This document shows, piece by piece, positions 35,201 to 48,549 of a DNA stretch of 64,000 bases. The notes beneath the pieces were generated by a model, which was not told where the DNA came from, ran no database searches, and saw only the letters and a list, made by a program, of their open reading frames with translations. Source of the DNA: Eutreptiella sp. 'Long Island Sound 2002' (lineage: Eukaryota; Protista; Euglenida); assembly GCA_964036045.1 (NCBI GenBank), contig OZ038379.1:20522001-20586000 (forward strand), written 5' to 3'. A program made the position numbers and the translations under genes. Numbering within the stretch: position 1 is the stretch's first letter; each line of letters begins with the position of its first letter.

Positions 35201-37483
35201 GCTCCCCTTGCTTGTCTACCCTACCACAGTGGTACTCCCCTCGTTAGCAGTGGTCTCCTCACTGGCCACAATATACCCAATTGCCCTGAATATCAACTCT
35301 TGGGGAGTTACCCTGGACGTATTGGCCCACCCACCTGCCAAGGGTGGACACGACCTCACCCCACCGCAAACCTTTCTCTACTTGCAGCAATACACGTGTT
35401 TTGTTAACTACGTCAAGCAACCACTATCTCTGCTTTCCAACGTGTTTCCCCTCTTCCAGGCTTTCGCACAGGACATTGGGATACTTGTATCCCTAGCAAC
35501 GTTCTTTAAGATGGGCTCTAATGTAATCTGGGCCTCAATGCCTTACCTCCCCGCCCGAGCGCGCGGGCGTATTCTTTGGTCAAAAATGATCTGCAATTCC
35601 AAGTACCCACACTTTTTTCTTATGATGCCCCACTGTGGCACTCAATGTTGTTTAGGGATCAACAAGGCCTGTCGTACTTTGCGCCACGACTGATTCGGCA
35701 GGGCATACTAATTGTAGGCCAACTTCTTTGGGACGATGCTCTTCGGAATCTCTTTGCTCCTACGTGGAAGCCGATTTACCAACATATACTCTCCTCCCCG
35801 CCGGGATCCCCTAATCCCAAGGCAACACCCCCAACACCCCCCAAGATCCGACGGCGTGGCTAGGCTGGACTAGGAAACATGTGGCTAAAATTTCGTCTAG
35901 TCCGCACACGTTGCGCCCCAGGCAAGCGGAAGAGGTGTGGTCCGCTTTCCACAACTTACAGCTGCCCGCGAAACAAAAAGACACTGTGCACCGAGCGCTA
36001 TGGAAACGGCTGCCGGCCGGGCACCGACATGCCAAGTGGAAACCCCTGGAGGTCTGGTGCCCCTTGGATGGCGAACTCGAAACGATAGACCATGCTTTGC
36101 ATTCCTGTCAATTTTACCTCGGGGCTTTTAACGTCATTGATACAGCCTTTCGCTTGCAGGAGAAACCCGCATTTTGAGTTAAGCACATGCTGTCGCAGCA
36201 CCCCGTGTCGTCTCTAACCACGCCGGCTGGACTGCTGGGCTGGTCAACGGTCTTCACAAACTGGCGGGTCCGATGTGCTAACAAATATCAACCTTTCTTT
36301 AGCAGTCCTTGGGAATCATTATAGCCAGCGCTGGCATAGCATAATCTCCCTTTGGGACCAATGCCCACATTTTTTACCTATTGCATAGCAGACTCTGCAT
36401 TGGTTTCGGTCATTTTTTAAAACCCACCCCCCCACCCGCCACGTTTCCCGACACCCCCCCCTACACACCCCCCCCCTCCAAACGCAAGCTTAAAGCCAAC
36501 ACACGTCAACTCCGGAAACTCCAGAGGGCTGACGAGCTTGATCAGGTTGATCTGGCAGAGCTACAGGGCAGCACATCCTGCTCATTTTCACCGATGTCTC
36601 TTCTGCCGTCGAGCAGGGCGTAGGCAAACTAGCTGGCCATGGAATCTATAGGGCAGGTGCAGTGCCTATTGCATGCGTCAACGCCTTTTCGCCAAACAAA
36701 CAATGCCGCCGAGCTACTGGCCGCGCTATGCGCCGTGGAATTTTTCCCTAAAGGCCCTATTGCTACATTCACGGACTCACAATATGTTATCCTCGGAGGT
36801 GTAGGGGCGCAGAGACACTGGAAGTTGCGTGGCTAGAAGGGCTCCTCTGGCCCGGTATCCAACGTCCTCTTGTGGGAGGCTTTGCTCCTTAAACTTGATA
36901 AAACAGGGTGCACGTTCCAGTGGGTCAAAGTGCCGTCCCACGGCACCATAGAAGGAAATAACGAAGCAGACAGATTAGCAGAACAAGGACACATGTCCCA
37001 TCCTATATTCCCTAGGCTTGCGACTCCAGCGACAAGATCCCTGATTTGTTACACCCCCAATACACCAAAACGCCGCAAATTGCTCAATCTTGAATTGTCA
37101 CCCCCTAGCAGCCATCGCTTTGGAATTTCCTCCCCCGTCCCCGCTGCTTTTCCATTGAGACGGGGCACACAGCATGCTATCGGCACTGGATCCTGTATCC
37201 TTAGCTGACAGCGAGTCTGAGCCGGAAGACCCACGCTCTGCGTCCAGCACGGGCTCAGGGGAGAGCACCACGCAAGACCGCTCAATGTGCTACAGTAGTG
37301 GGTGCTCCTGCTCTACAGACTGCAGCTGCGACTAGGCTAAGGGGACAGCCACCCTTATGTGTCCCCTTATCAACCTTCGTTTATCTGCGCCTTTACATGT
37401 CTTTGAAACCTGTAATCTATACCGTCGAGGGTTAGGCCGAAGGAGTGCCATGCTATGCAGCCCACACACAGTAGTTGTTGTTG
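32300..37483 (+). mobile_element. Degenerate L1/Tx1-like LINE: APE endonuclease - RT - zinc finger - RNase H, (GTT)n tail
   Basis: RIDKIL...SSDHKAI (APE); SSPVFDG, PIPKG, QQGGFIKGRSIFDN, IDFKNAFDYVSH, VRQGCPL, YANDLL (RT); CPLDGELETIDHALHSC; QTNNAAEL...TDSQYV...VKVPSHGTIEGNNEADRLA (RNase H). The 5' boundary is approximate. Confidence 0.88.
32658..33441. mobile_element. 784-bp non-autonomous DNA transposon (CAGGG TIR, hAT-like)
   Basis: TIR CAGGGACTTGCTT / AAGCAAGTCCCTG; duplication GTGCTACAC at 32649-32657 and 33442-33450; removal restores the LINE endonuclease frame. Confidence 0.9.
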
Positions 37484-39619
37484 TATGCAGCCTGACAAAC
37501 ATAACATTATTGATCTGGTCCATCGTGGAAACATCAAGCCACAGCAGGTTGCGCCGCGGAGGGCGTCGGCATCAGCGTTCCCTCACCGCACTCGCATGTC
37601 GCCGTGCGTGTGGCCTTGCCCGCCGGCAATTCCAGCTCACGGGCGTGCTGGAGCACATCCCTATTCACCGGGTGCTCTTCGGCACCCCGTGGAAGGTCTT
37701 CTTCATGTCCGCCATCGCCGAAGAGGAGGCCCCGGCAATTCTGCACCAGGCAGCGATGGAGGTGGCGCAGCGCCTTTGTGGCGCCTTTTAGCAGGGCTTC
37801 ACGGAGTTCAGATCCATGGACATCAAGCCCTAGGAGGAGTGGCACCAGTGCCGCCATAAGTACAGGGTGGTTTTCCGTGAGGGAACGGCTTTTCGGAAGC
37901 CAAGCAGGCACCGGCCACAACGGGGCAAAAGGTTGTCATACCTCTTTGTCCAAGAGACGTTGGCGCCTGTTATGGCAGTGGCAGCGCTGTTCCAGGCCTA
38001 AGCTTGCTACCGCAGTGGTGCTTCCCGGTTGCTTAGCTAGGTTGCGTGGGCGGTGGAGTTTCCTTCGTGACCGAAAGCCCATGCAGCGCACGGTGGTCTG
38101 TACCGCTCAGCTTGTCAAGCCAACCTAGTCGTGGGGCCCTTCCCTGACCGTGCATCTGCAGTTGATGGTGTCTGTGTGGGCGGTGCATATCTGTTATGTG
38201 GCCTCTGAACGGCCACAGTCGGGTGTGGTTCCAGATCTAACCCCCCTCTCCCTTTGGAGAGTTGTCTTGCAGGGATGTGGTTCCCTTTGCCAGCCTGTGC
38301 CCGCTGACTCATTAATGGGGCGCTTCCCTGACCGTGCATTTGCAGCTCGTTAGGGCGTATGGGAGTCCTGCGCAGTGGCAGGGCAGTCTGCCTGGTGGCA
38401 GGGCACTCCCTGGATGTCGTCCTGGGTCTGACCAGCTGTCGCTTTGGGGGCTTGTGGTTGCCGGAGTGGTGGTTCCCCACTGCCATCTTGTGCCCGCGCA
38501 TCCCGCTATTTTGTCAGACACATTCTTGTTGGTTTTTCGTGGAGCCGTGCCCACTCGGCTTTATAGTAGCACTCTGGCCTGTGGCCTTTCGGCTGTGCAG
38601 GCCATGAGTCGATCTGGGCTGAATTGGTTTGTTGTGGTGCATTGATTGACGCTTGCAATGACATTGGCTTTTGGTATGTGCTCCGGCACGGAGGTCGTCC
38701 GGGGTCTAACCCACTGACCCTTAGTGGAGTTGTTGTCGCCGGAGTTGACGTTCCCTGCTACCGTCCTATACCCGCGCATCCCGCTATTTTGTGTGTTACG
38801 TTTGTGCAAGGTTTCGCTAGATCAACACCTGCTAGGCTTTATTGCAACGCTTTGGCCTCTGGCCTTACGGCTTTGCAGGCCATGAGTTGTTCCGGGCAGA
38901 TGTGGTCCGTTGGCGATGATCTGATTGGCACTTGCGTTGTTGTCCCTTTTCATCTGTATCTTAAGTCTCCGGCAACCTGAATTTCTACCTCAGTCTTTAA
39001 CCTGCTCGTGCTGCGTGCCAGCTTGGAGCTTGCATACCGGATTGCCTGGGTTGGTGAGGGAGGGGGGGCGGTACGGGGTATACCCGCCAGAGCGGGTAAG
39101 GCGGGGCATTACCGTGCTCAAGAGCGGGGCTCCCTACTGTCCCTTGCCGTGCAGTGCGGGAGGGTGAGCCCACGGCGGAGAACGATTTCTCAAGTGCTGT
39201 TGCAGTATTCTTGTGCTCCGCTTTTGCAAACACCCGTTGACCCTCGCCTCAACTTTTGTTTGCACTCCCCGACTTAGGCAGTTTTTGTGTCATTTCCCGC
39301 CCGCCCGCCCCCAGTGTTATAGCCATTTCTTATCGGCGTTCCGCACCGTGGAGCCATGCTCCCATTTTGGAACTAGTGAGCACGCCATCATGGAGTGATT
39401 TAACGGTGTTGCACCGCGATTCTTCCTCGGTTCCGGTGCTGGGTTCGTGATTGTGTGGGGTCCCGCGATCTAGCAAAGAGGAAGCAGCTGCACGTGTCCA
39501 TCCTACCCCCAGTAACCCAGTCTTGGCGACACGGTGTCACTCATCCCAAGTTCTATTGCAGTATTCTTGTCCTCCGCCTTTGCAAATAGCGGCCACATAG
39601 GCGGTATCAATGGGGATTG

Positions 39620-40180
39620 CAGAACACCCTATCTTAAGGTCCTTTTGGAAGGACGTCAAGGGCGAAGCGAATGAATGGGATGACGGGATATTACTTTGGG
39701 GATCGATTGCGGCCCTGTAGACGATGGCTGCCCAGGCCCAAAATCAACGGACTAGGCGTCAGTGGCCGCATCGGTTCCGTCCACATTGGGAGGTCTACGA
39801 GTGGGGGAACTGGCAGGAGTCAAGGTCTGAGGATGGGACCCGGGGGACTGTTGCCTTCTAGGAGGAGAAGGTCAATTGTCGAGCGTACACTCGGCGAGTG
39901 GGACTGCGGGCGCTACATTGGGTTCGGTTCCAACACTCATGGGCGATCCGAAAGATGGGGCGAGGCAGCAACGACTCCATATTCAACGGAGCCAGGTAGT
40001 TGGAAAGAGCCATGGCGAAGCTATTGGTGCGATTAAAATGGCAAGATGTCAATTGGTGTGGATGGCAACCACTCTGCGCCGGCGCAATTTTCCAAGCACG
40101 AGCCCCGATGCCTAACAGCATACCGTGGTGCCGTTGCAGGTCCATTAAGACTACCCTTCGCTATGCAAAATGTCTCAAGG
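39620..40180 (+). pseudogene. Degenerate tyrosine recombinase (second YR retroelement remnant)
   Basis: GGLRVGELAG (~39789), F*EEK, LERAMAKLL...VNWCGW...WCRCRSIKTTLRYA; collinear with the YR at 45533-45930. Confidence 0.6.
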
Positions 40181-40184
40181 AAAT

Positions 40185-40211
40185 ACTTTGTGAGTGTCTA
40201 TATTTTCTTAG
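40185..40211 (+). other. Relic of euglenid-type spliced-leader (SL) exon
   Basis: ACTTTGTGAGTGTCTATATTTTCTTAG vs the Euglena SL as recalled, ACTTTCTGAGTGTCTATTTTTTTTCG: 16/17 identity over the first 17 nt; not followed by a GT donor. Confidence 0.6.
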
Positions 40212-40692
40212 GAAGCCGTAATTGCCCGCCCTGGCAACCCTCAAGAAGTCGAATTTGTTACCCCGAACTGGGGTGTTTTTTTAGGGTAAGAAATGCGGGG
40301 GGGGGGGGGGGTCGCCGTTTCAGACTGTGTTTTAAAAGCCTTCTTTTCAACCATACCAATGTTCCAATTCCGAATAGTCAATTTCAACTGCCAAATCAGC
40401 CAAATTCCAAAAATGAAGCGAAATTGCGCCACTGCTTTGAAAGTGCCCGATATCATACCCTTTTTTCATGCATTCTTTCTCCAATGAGACGCGAAATTTC
40501 GTCACTCCTTCATTATTTGATGAATTAATGCCCTTATTGTGTATTTGCATTTGTGTATGTTGATTTGATTTGATTTGTACCGAAGTTTGCGCCTTTGATG
40601 AATTTTATGACCATTTTGACAATCTTGGTATGCAGTCTTTTCCCTATTCTGAGGTAATTATGTGATTCTTTGCTGTGAGGTGACCACAGGAC

Positions 40693-42625
40693 ATGGATCC
40701 ATCACTGCTAAGGGTGGTTGTTGCATATTGTGAGTTTCAGAACGTTGATGACCTCATGACGGATGTTGCCAATGGGGCCTTTGCAAGGTTATTGGCTGTC
40801 TGGGCCCTGGCAATCCGAACAAATCAACGCTCACGGAAGGATCTTACACGGTTGTTGTTTGCCGACGGAATGCTGAAAAAGCCCGGTTGGTACACTGTTT
40901 TCTCAAATCAATTGATATGCTTGTGGCAACTTTTGAAAAAGATGGCAGCCCCTCATGCACAATCCCACGATGTACCAATGCTTGTTTGATTGAGCCGCAG
41001 GACATGCTGATCGTTGGCTCCCACGGGACTTGTGCATGCAACTATGCCCTCACTTACTGCCAATGTACGGCAACAAGCAACTTGGCTTTGGCAAAGCATG
41101 CAGAACCACAAGATGGCGCTGTGGTACGACAATCGGGTGAAAAAGAATTATGGGGTGGACCCACCGCATCCTGACCAGTCCATAAACTGCACAGTTGTGG
41201 CCGTCTTGCATATGCCAGCGCTACCACCATTTCCGGGTCATGTCTCACTAATCTATGCTGTCCAGAAAATTGGGGCACGTGTTGATGCTGTGCAACTACG
41301 TCATGCGGATTTGTTTCGGCGGGTTTATGCTCTTCTTGACATGATTCATCGTACCTTTGTTAGAGTTCCCCCGCACATTGTGCGGCAGAATGTGCTATCT
41401 CTTCGTTGGCAACCAATGATGCTGTCTCAACTACGTTGTGGGACCAAACTGGATCACTTGAAACTTCTAAATATGATTTGGCATGTGCAGCAGGCAAGTC
41501 GACAGGATTTGCCTCTTTGTGTGGATATGAAGATTCACTATGACCGCTTGAAGTACCTGTATGGGCAGAGTTACACTTCTTGGAACTTCCAGTTGCACTA
41601 GTCAAGTCTCCCCCTCATCTACGGGGTTTGGCGCCCGTACAAGCATATGATCACTATGCTTTATCTGTTACCCATTATCTGTCTGATCGAGAGACTACAC
41701 ACCGATTTCAAGGAAGGGGACGCAGTACCAACAAAGGTGAAACTCCTTCATATGGAGGAGACAATGCTGGCGCTGTGTCTAAATGCTGGCACTTACCTAC
41801 CAAGAGTTGAGGCGAACCTTGATGCATTTATTGTGGCGGCGCAAAATGGGAGGAAGAACCTACGGTTCTCACTAACGGAGAAGTGTGTGATGCCGTATGG
41901 GTCCAATCTGAGGAATTTTATTCTTAGTGTTTTTGTTGCATCCTCCCCCATTGTGCAATGCCAGCCCCCACCCCTTCAGGTTGTAGAAGCAGTTGTGTTG
42001 CGTAGTGTAGATGACCTTTGTTTTCCTGGAACATTTGCGGCAGTTCCACCACGTAGGTTTCTTTTCACTGTGTTCCACAAATACATTAGGACCCTGCTTC
42101 GTAAGAAGCCCCCAAGCGATCACCCTTTTATAGTTCTACGGCAAACAATGCCTCCTTCAACGACTGCAGGGCAACGGAATGTGGATATCTAGAGAGTGAT
42201 GCAAATCACCCGCCCTCCTAAGCCGAAACCTAAACCAAAAACCAAACCAGAGAAACCAGTTACAAAACTAGCTGCCCCCCCCCCCCCCCCCCCCGACCCC
42301 GGCCCTATACACGGGAAGCGTGAGGGAGTGGCCCGCCAGCCACTCCCGATACCGTAGGGCATACCATACCATACCATACCCCCCAAGACAAGGTGCACCC
42401 ATTTCCAAACCAGCCCCAAGGAATCCAAAACCGGCAGCCAAACCTGGCCCTAAGCGACCAGTAGCGCAGAATAGGATTCAGCATCTCAATGGGGGGGAAC
42501 AGCCGGGTGCGGATAATGCGAGCGATGACGAGGACACTGACCCTAAGGTGGCCTTGTTTGCAGTCAACGATGACAGTGATAACAGTCGTGTGTCGGATGA
42601 TGACGATATAGTAGCTATTTTTTGA
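40693..42625 (+). pseudogene. Fragmented transposase-like gene, possibly Academ/DUF6589-like
   Basis: ALWYDN...SINCTVVAV...LCVDMKIHY...W...PLIYGVWRPYKH across frames; basic and acidic low-complexity tail; flanked by GCGAAATTTCGC motifs. Confidence 0.4.
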
Positions 42626-43869
42626 TGAAGAGGAGGTTTTGGACAGGATACTTCAACATGGGACTGACATACTTGTTGTCCTTACAATGTACCAGAAGTT
42701 GTCCTTTGATTGTGATGTTTTTGTATGGAGTGGGGAAATTTCGCCACATCTGGGATAATCGGTGTTTTCAGTAGTAGATTTCCCATTTTTGCATTGAGAC
42801 GCGACTTTTTGCATGGTTTTGCTATTTTGTATGTTTCAAGGCTGCCCGGTAAAGGGTATTGGTACGCTACAGCCAGTCCTACCAACCATTTTCTATTGTT
42901 TTTTGTGTGTGTCATGATCCCAATTTTGCTAACATTATCTACCATCTTTTACTGACAATATCATGATGTGTGATTCAGGGTACATTATGCACTTTTCCTG
43001 GATTCCCCTTTGCATGGGCTGTTAATTTGGAATAGTGGGCACCGAAAACAACAAATTACCGTTGTCTGTCATTCAGATCCATGACCAGAGCTAGCTGATT
43101 TCCTCCAAGCCCCCGTTGTCATGTCACCTGTACTCCCAAAAGCCAATAACAATGTGCCCGTGGCCCTAGAGCCACCCTCATTGTCACAACCATCTGACGG
43201 GTCCTCTGAGGGCCCCAGTCAACGGACGCCGCACAGCCGTGCAAACAAGAAGGGACCTTCGAAAACAGTCAGTCTAGCAAATGCGGTCTAGAATACAATG
43301 GTGTTATCCTACAAGGTCGTGCGGGTGGATTTGAACTGGGAGCATGGGCAAATCATGAAGGTCATCGAGACCCGACTGAAGCTGCGGCTGGAGGATTTGG
43401 CAAGGCTACCTCCGGTGGGGATCATCTCACGCTTACTGGTAAGGCCTGACAATCGTATGTCGCTGCACGTGCACCTACACGCCCATCGTTTCCGCTCTGT
43501 CCTGGGGGCCAATTTTTTCTCCCATTACTGCAGTGGTAAATTTCTGGATCATTGGTGGTCCGTATGTGTTTTGTGCGGCATGGAGACTAGCAGGCGGACG
43601 TGAGAAAAAGAATTTGTGGTTTCTGCAGAAGCTGAAGTTTAATTTGTTCCCTGTAGTTGCCGTTGACAGTGCATTTATGCAGCATGCATATGTTCTCTTT
43701 TCACGCTTAGTCAATTTTCATAATCGAAATGGAGGGTGCGCCGCATGGATTGGACGCGCTGATCAAATTCTCCACAGAACACTAGGAGAAGTGGTCAAAA
43801 CATATGGGCAAGAAGCAGGTGCTGGAACTGGCACATTCGGAGTGGAGCAGGATCAATCAGAATCACAGC

Positions 43870-46800
43870 AGGGTGGCTCGGATCTAGCATGCGGTTCGTC
43901 AGTTGGTGCGTGCGGTGCATGACGTAAGGGAGCACTAGAATTCGCTGGCAGCACACGAGCTATACACAGGGACACCGTTGAAGGTGCTAGACTTGGTGTT
44001 GATGCCTGGTGACCTGGAGAGAGAGACAAGCCTGAGATCTGGGTCAAGCAACTGGACCAGTACAAGGTGGCCTACATGAAGCTGCTATCAGCCAAACGCC
44101 AGAAGGTGGAGAACCAAGACGCCGCAGAAGGCAGCCCAGGACCCCATTGAGCGACGCCGGCATGGGACTGCCCAGATCGTGGACTCCAGTAGCACGACGC
44201 CGGAGAAGCAAGTCATCGGAGTAGGCGGAAATGACGGAGCCGGGGCGACCCCACCCCAAAAACTGGCGGTCGGGACGGACGTACCCATGGAGGAGGACGG
44301 AAGGACAGCCAGTATGGAACTACTGTCCCTGCAGGAGGAGCCTGTTGGACTGAACACGGATAACTTGCGCCGGGTCCGGAAACTAAATGGAGCCCCGAAG
44401 TGGGTACGCAAACTGTCCAAAATGGTTGAGACCATGGCGAAGAACAGTTCGGAAGAGGTGCCAATGGGTGTGATTGCACATGAGATCTAGGATGTGATCA
44501 TAGAACTGGACAAGGACGGCTCACGCCTACTGAAGAACAAGGCCAAGAACGGGAAGCAACGAGAGAGGGAGAAGACAAAAGCGCAAAAGCCCAGGCAAAA
44601 AAGCCGGCGAAGAAGGAGGACAAACACCGAAAACAGCAGGGCAGAAAGAAGGCAAAACGGGGAAACACGACTCGTCAGACGACTCCAGGTCGTGCAGTCA
44701 CTCCTCGGACACCACAAGTTCGGACTCGTCGAATGGCTCCTCCTCCGACTCTGACAGCTCATGCGACAAGGACCGGAAAAGTAAATCACGGGATGGTGGA
44801 GGCCGAGATGGGACACTGAAGCCTAGGAGAGGACGCCCGGAGGACTTCGAATTCTGGTGGATCAATGGACGCAAGCACTTTCGCACCAATAAAGGTACCT
44901 GGCAACACTGCACCAACCCGCCCTCTGGACCGTGCAAATTCGACGGAAACCACCACTGGGTGTTCCAAAGTACCGAGTTGGGATGCCGCTAAGGCGGCCC
45001 GGCGCCCCCCCCTCAGGTCCCAGGCGGGGGGGGGGGGGGGGGGGGGTCATTGGCTGCCGGTGGGACAGCAGAGCGCGACAAGCAGGCAGTGCGGATTAGA
45101 AACACGCTCGGGGCCTTTGTGGAGGAAGCAGAGCGAGAGATTGGCAGCTCATACAAAGCTACAATTTGGCATAAACTGGAGGTGGGCACCGGAAAGGCGT
45201 ACGCGGGGGCGCTGTATAAATACTTGAGGTACAGCAGGATCAATGGGTTGGTGGCGCCGCGTGAAGCAATCAAGGGACGCATGTTACAGTTGGCCAGGGA
45301 CATTCGGTACGAATTGCCGATCAAGGTCCTACTGTCAGGACTACGGCTGGCGGAGAAAATGGCCATTATACCGGCAACCGTGGTACCAGCCGACTGGATG
45401 TTCGCCGACTCACTGGTGAGGCTCCGGATATCGTGAAACCTGAGAAATATTCGATGGGCCGAGGGAGACATCATCTGCAGGATCGCCAAGAGGAAGAACA
45501 CATGGGAGTAGAAGGAGCTCGAGTGCCTGGGCTTGGCATGCCTATTGCTCACGAACCTGCTTCGAATCGGAGAAGCCTCGACAGTCTCATCCCCTGAAGG
45601 TGGCAAACTCTGCTTCCTAGGCGAGAAGTCGCGAAGTGGTGAACATGACCAAGACCTCGGGCCATGGCCGTCACGGTGGATGCATTACATCAAGGACGAG
45701 CGTCAAAAATGTGGAGTGGCGGAAGACCGCCCGCATGGCTACCAGTCACCCGCAGATTTGGACGAGGCATGGGTCGCCCTCGTGGCGTGGCGGGGTCGGA
45801 GCTCAAACACTACAGGTGGCACTGTCTGCGGAGAGGAGGGGCGACACAGTTATGGGCGTCAGGCGCAAGAAACCAAATTGTCATGCTTGCAGGCGGGTGG
45901 GAAACACCGTCAGTGGCACGGCATTACACCAAACCAAAGCATGCATTGAACTTCATGGCGAGACGAGAGCAGCCGGTGCCGGTATGTGGAGATAGTGGAA
46001 ATCGCCTCGTGTACGGAGACTGGCCTTCCAAGCAGTGGTGGCCAGCATGGTTGCGCAAAGAGCTCAGGGTCCTGGCAGCAGAGCCAAGGACAAATGGCGA
46101 TGTTTTGGCACCGGCTGGACAAGCCGCCCGGAAGAGGAGGCTGACCCGATCAGCAGGCTCGCCAGGGGCAGAGTAGCCGCCAATGGACACAGAACTGCCG
46201 CATGGAGAAGATCCCGGAGTTTGGAAGGGAGCTGGGCATGGACTTGATGCGGGCACATGACAAGCTCTGCCAGGTGCATGGGAAGGAGAGAGCCAGGATG
46301 TCAGAGGCAGTGAGCCAGCTGATATTGCGGATTTGCGATGCAGCCGGCACGGGAACGGTGGAGACCCTCCCTGTGGTTGTTAGCTGTTTAACCGAGTTGG
46401 CTGAAAACGGCATCGACCCGGAGGATGAGGAAAGCTACTACACTGACGAGGAGGACCATGGGGAAGTCAACCCGACGGTGGCTGCAAGAGGGCTTGGACA
46501 AGTTGGTAATGGGCCATTAGCGGATTCGCCGTGGTCGCGCTGTGTTCCGGAGCATCTGAACAGTCGGTACCAAAAATGGAGACAAGAGACACACGGAGTG
46601 GCAGACGGAGTGGGGGTGCGCGAGATGCAATGCTGGATGCCTTGGTTCGGAATGGAGCGCTGCGCAAACACGAGAACGTGCGGGAAGGCTGCGGTAAGGC
46701 ACATGTCGGACCTAAAAGTAGTGGGAAATGTGAATTCATTTTGAATTGCGTCGAACAACACGCGCGGGAGGCAAAGGCTATATATGGCAAAATTTCACAT

Positions 46801-47010
46801 GTCCAATTGTTTTTGGAGTCTGCGCTTGCCTAGGTCGTGGGTTGGGGAGTTGAGTGTGTGTGTGTGGGCGATGCCCAGTATGTTTGGCAATCCCTGCCAT
46901 TTGGCTGGAAATACTCGCCCTACCGTGTCAGAAGTTGGTGTACAGTGTGGTCAGGACGTCGGTGTGGTGGCCGCCTATACTGTTTTTTGTCTACCTCAGC
47001 CCGGGGAATA
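43870..47010 (+). mobile_element. Tyrosine-recombinase retrotransposon with gag-YR-RT order (VIPER/TATE-like), degenerate, 3' truncated
   Basis: YR: NLLRIGEA, GEKSR, RWHCLRRGGAT, AGGWETPSVARHY; downstream RT: PKSSGKC.FILNC, MSNCFWS, WQSLPFGWKYSP; upstream coding fragments are gag-like by position. Confidence 0.8.
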
Positions 47011-47265
47011 ATGGGGGGGGGGGGCGGGGGCCAAACCCAATTTACGTTGTAAATTACATAAATTTTTGTAAATTTCTCAAAAAGTGGCGCAAATTTCTGT
47101 AAATTTCTGTAAATTCGGTGTAAATTGAGGAACCCAAGTGCTTTGCATGTTATTAGTTGGATATTTAGATATGTAGGAGGTCTAGAATTGTGAGTATTGA
47201 ACATGAACTTTGTAAATTCTTCTTTGATGTGTCAACCTTTTTAGAGATTTAGCTACCTTCATCAA

Positions 47266-47682
47266 ACCGTGCATGCTTTGAGTGCCAGATTCCGCAAGAC
47301 GAGGCGCTATACAAATGTCGTTCGTTGCGTGCCAGAGATCCAACCGTTGAGAGTCAGCCCGGCTTCAGTGTGGTGGATGCAAGGGCGGACACCGGTGGTT
47401 AGATACCGTCCATGCTTTGAGCGCCAGATTCCGCAAGACGAGGCGCGATACAAATGTTGTTTGTTGCGTGCCGGAGATCCCACCCTCGAGAGCTAGCCGG
47501 GCTCGAGTGTGGTGCGTGCAAGGGCGGAGGCCGCTAGTTACACACCGTCCATGCTTTGAGCACGAGATTCCGCAACACGAGGCGCTATACAATTGTTGTT
47601 TGTTGCGGGCTGGCGATCCCACCCTCGAGAGCTAGCCCCGCTCGAGTCTGGTGGGTGCAAGGACGGACGCCGGTGCTTACAT
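47266..47682 (+). repeat. 139-bp tandem repeat x3
   Basis: CATGCTTTGAG at 47272, 47411, 47550. Confidence 0.9.
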
Positions 47683-48103
47683 AGTGCATCTTACCCCCAT
47701 CGAGCTGCAGTGCTTTGCATGTTATAAGATTTACACATATAGCAATTGCCTTGGTTGCGGTGAAGCTTGTACATTGCTGGTTGTCATGGCACCCTTTGTC
47801 GTGTGATGTGGGTGCGCAAGCAGCCGGGTCGCAAGAATTTCCGTGTTAATTAACGACCCCGAGTACTTTGCATGTTATAAGATTTACACAGTTAGCAATT
47901 GGCTTGCTAGTAGTGCAGCTTGCAGATTGTTGTTTGTTGTGGCAATTTTTGTCGTGTGATGTGGGTGCGCAAGCAAGAAACCGAGGGCAAATGGCAAAAA
48001 TTCGCTACACCCGCGGCCGCCATCCGCCACATCAAGGCCGAAGTTGCGCCCTCGACTGTGCAGCAAGTGCAGATCGAGCGCGCCGCAAAGAAATTAAAGC
48101 CCC

Positions 48104-48518
48104 CCCTAGAGACCTATGTTAAACCCAATGTGTTTAATATTTGGGTCAAAAATTAATGCCGTAACCCAAAGTTGACCCTTTTGGGGCGGGGTGAGGGGTT
48201 TTGGACGGGGAAACTCTACCCCCACATGGTGCCTTCCGGGATCGGGTGTCATTGGGGGTTGGGGGGGGATCTCACCTACTTGGATGGAAAAAAATATTAA
48301 AGGGGTCCTCGGTTTTATTTTTGACCTTAATTTTTCGTTTAATATTTGAAATATTGAAATTTAATGAGTCGCCGGCGTTAATATTAACCTGCAATAAATT
48401 AATACATTGCCGCAAATATTAACCTCCCCTACAAATGCACAACAACAAGCCAAACATACTAGGGGGCATGCATAATTCTTGTGCCTTACTAAAGTGGGTG
48501 TCCCCCCCTTTTTTCTGC

Positions 48519-48549
<31 letters not shown>

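Noticed and set aside
40185-40300. Intact SL RNA gene
   Set aside because: No GT donor after the leader-like sequence and no tandem array context.
45533-46176. Prophage/bacterial integrase
   Set aside because: Followed by an RT with LPFGW.YSP in TE-rich eukaryotic DNA; fits a YR retrotransposon.
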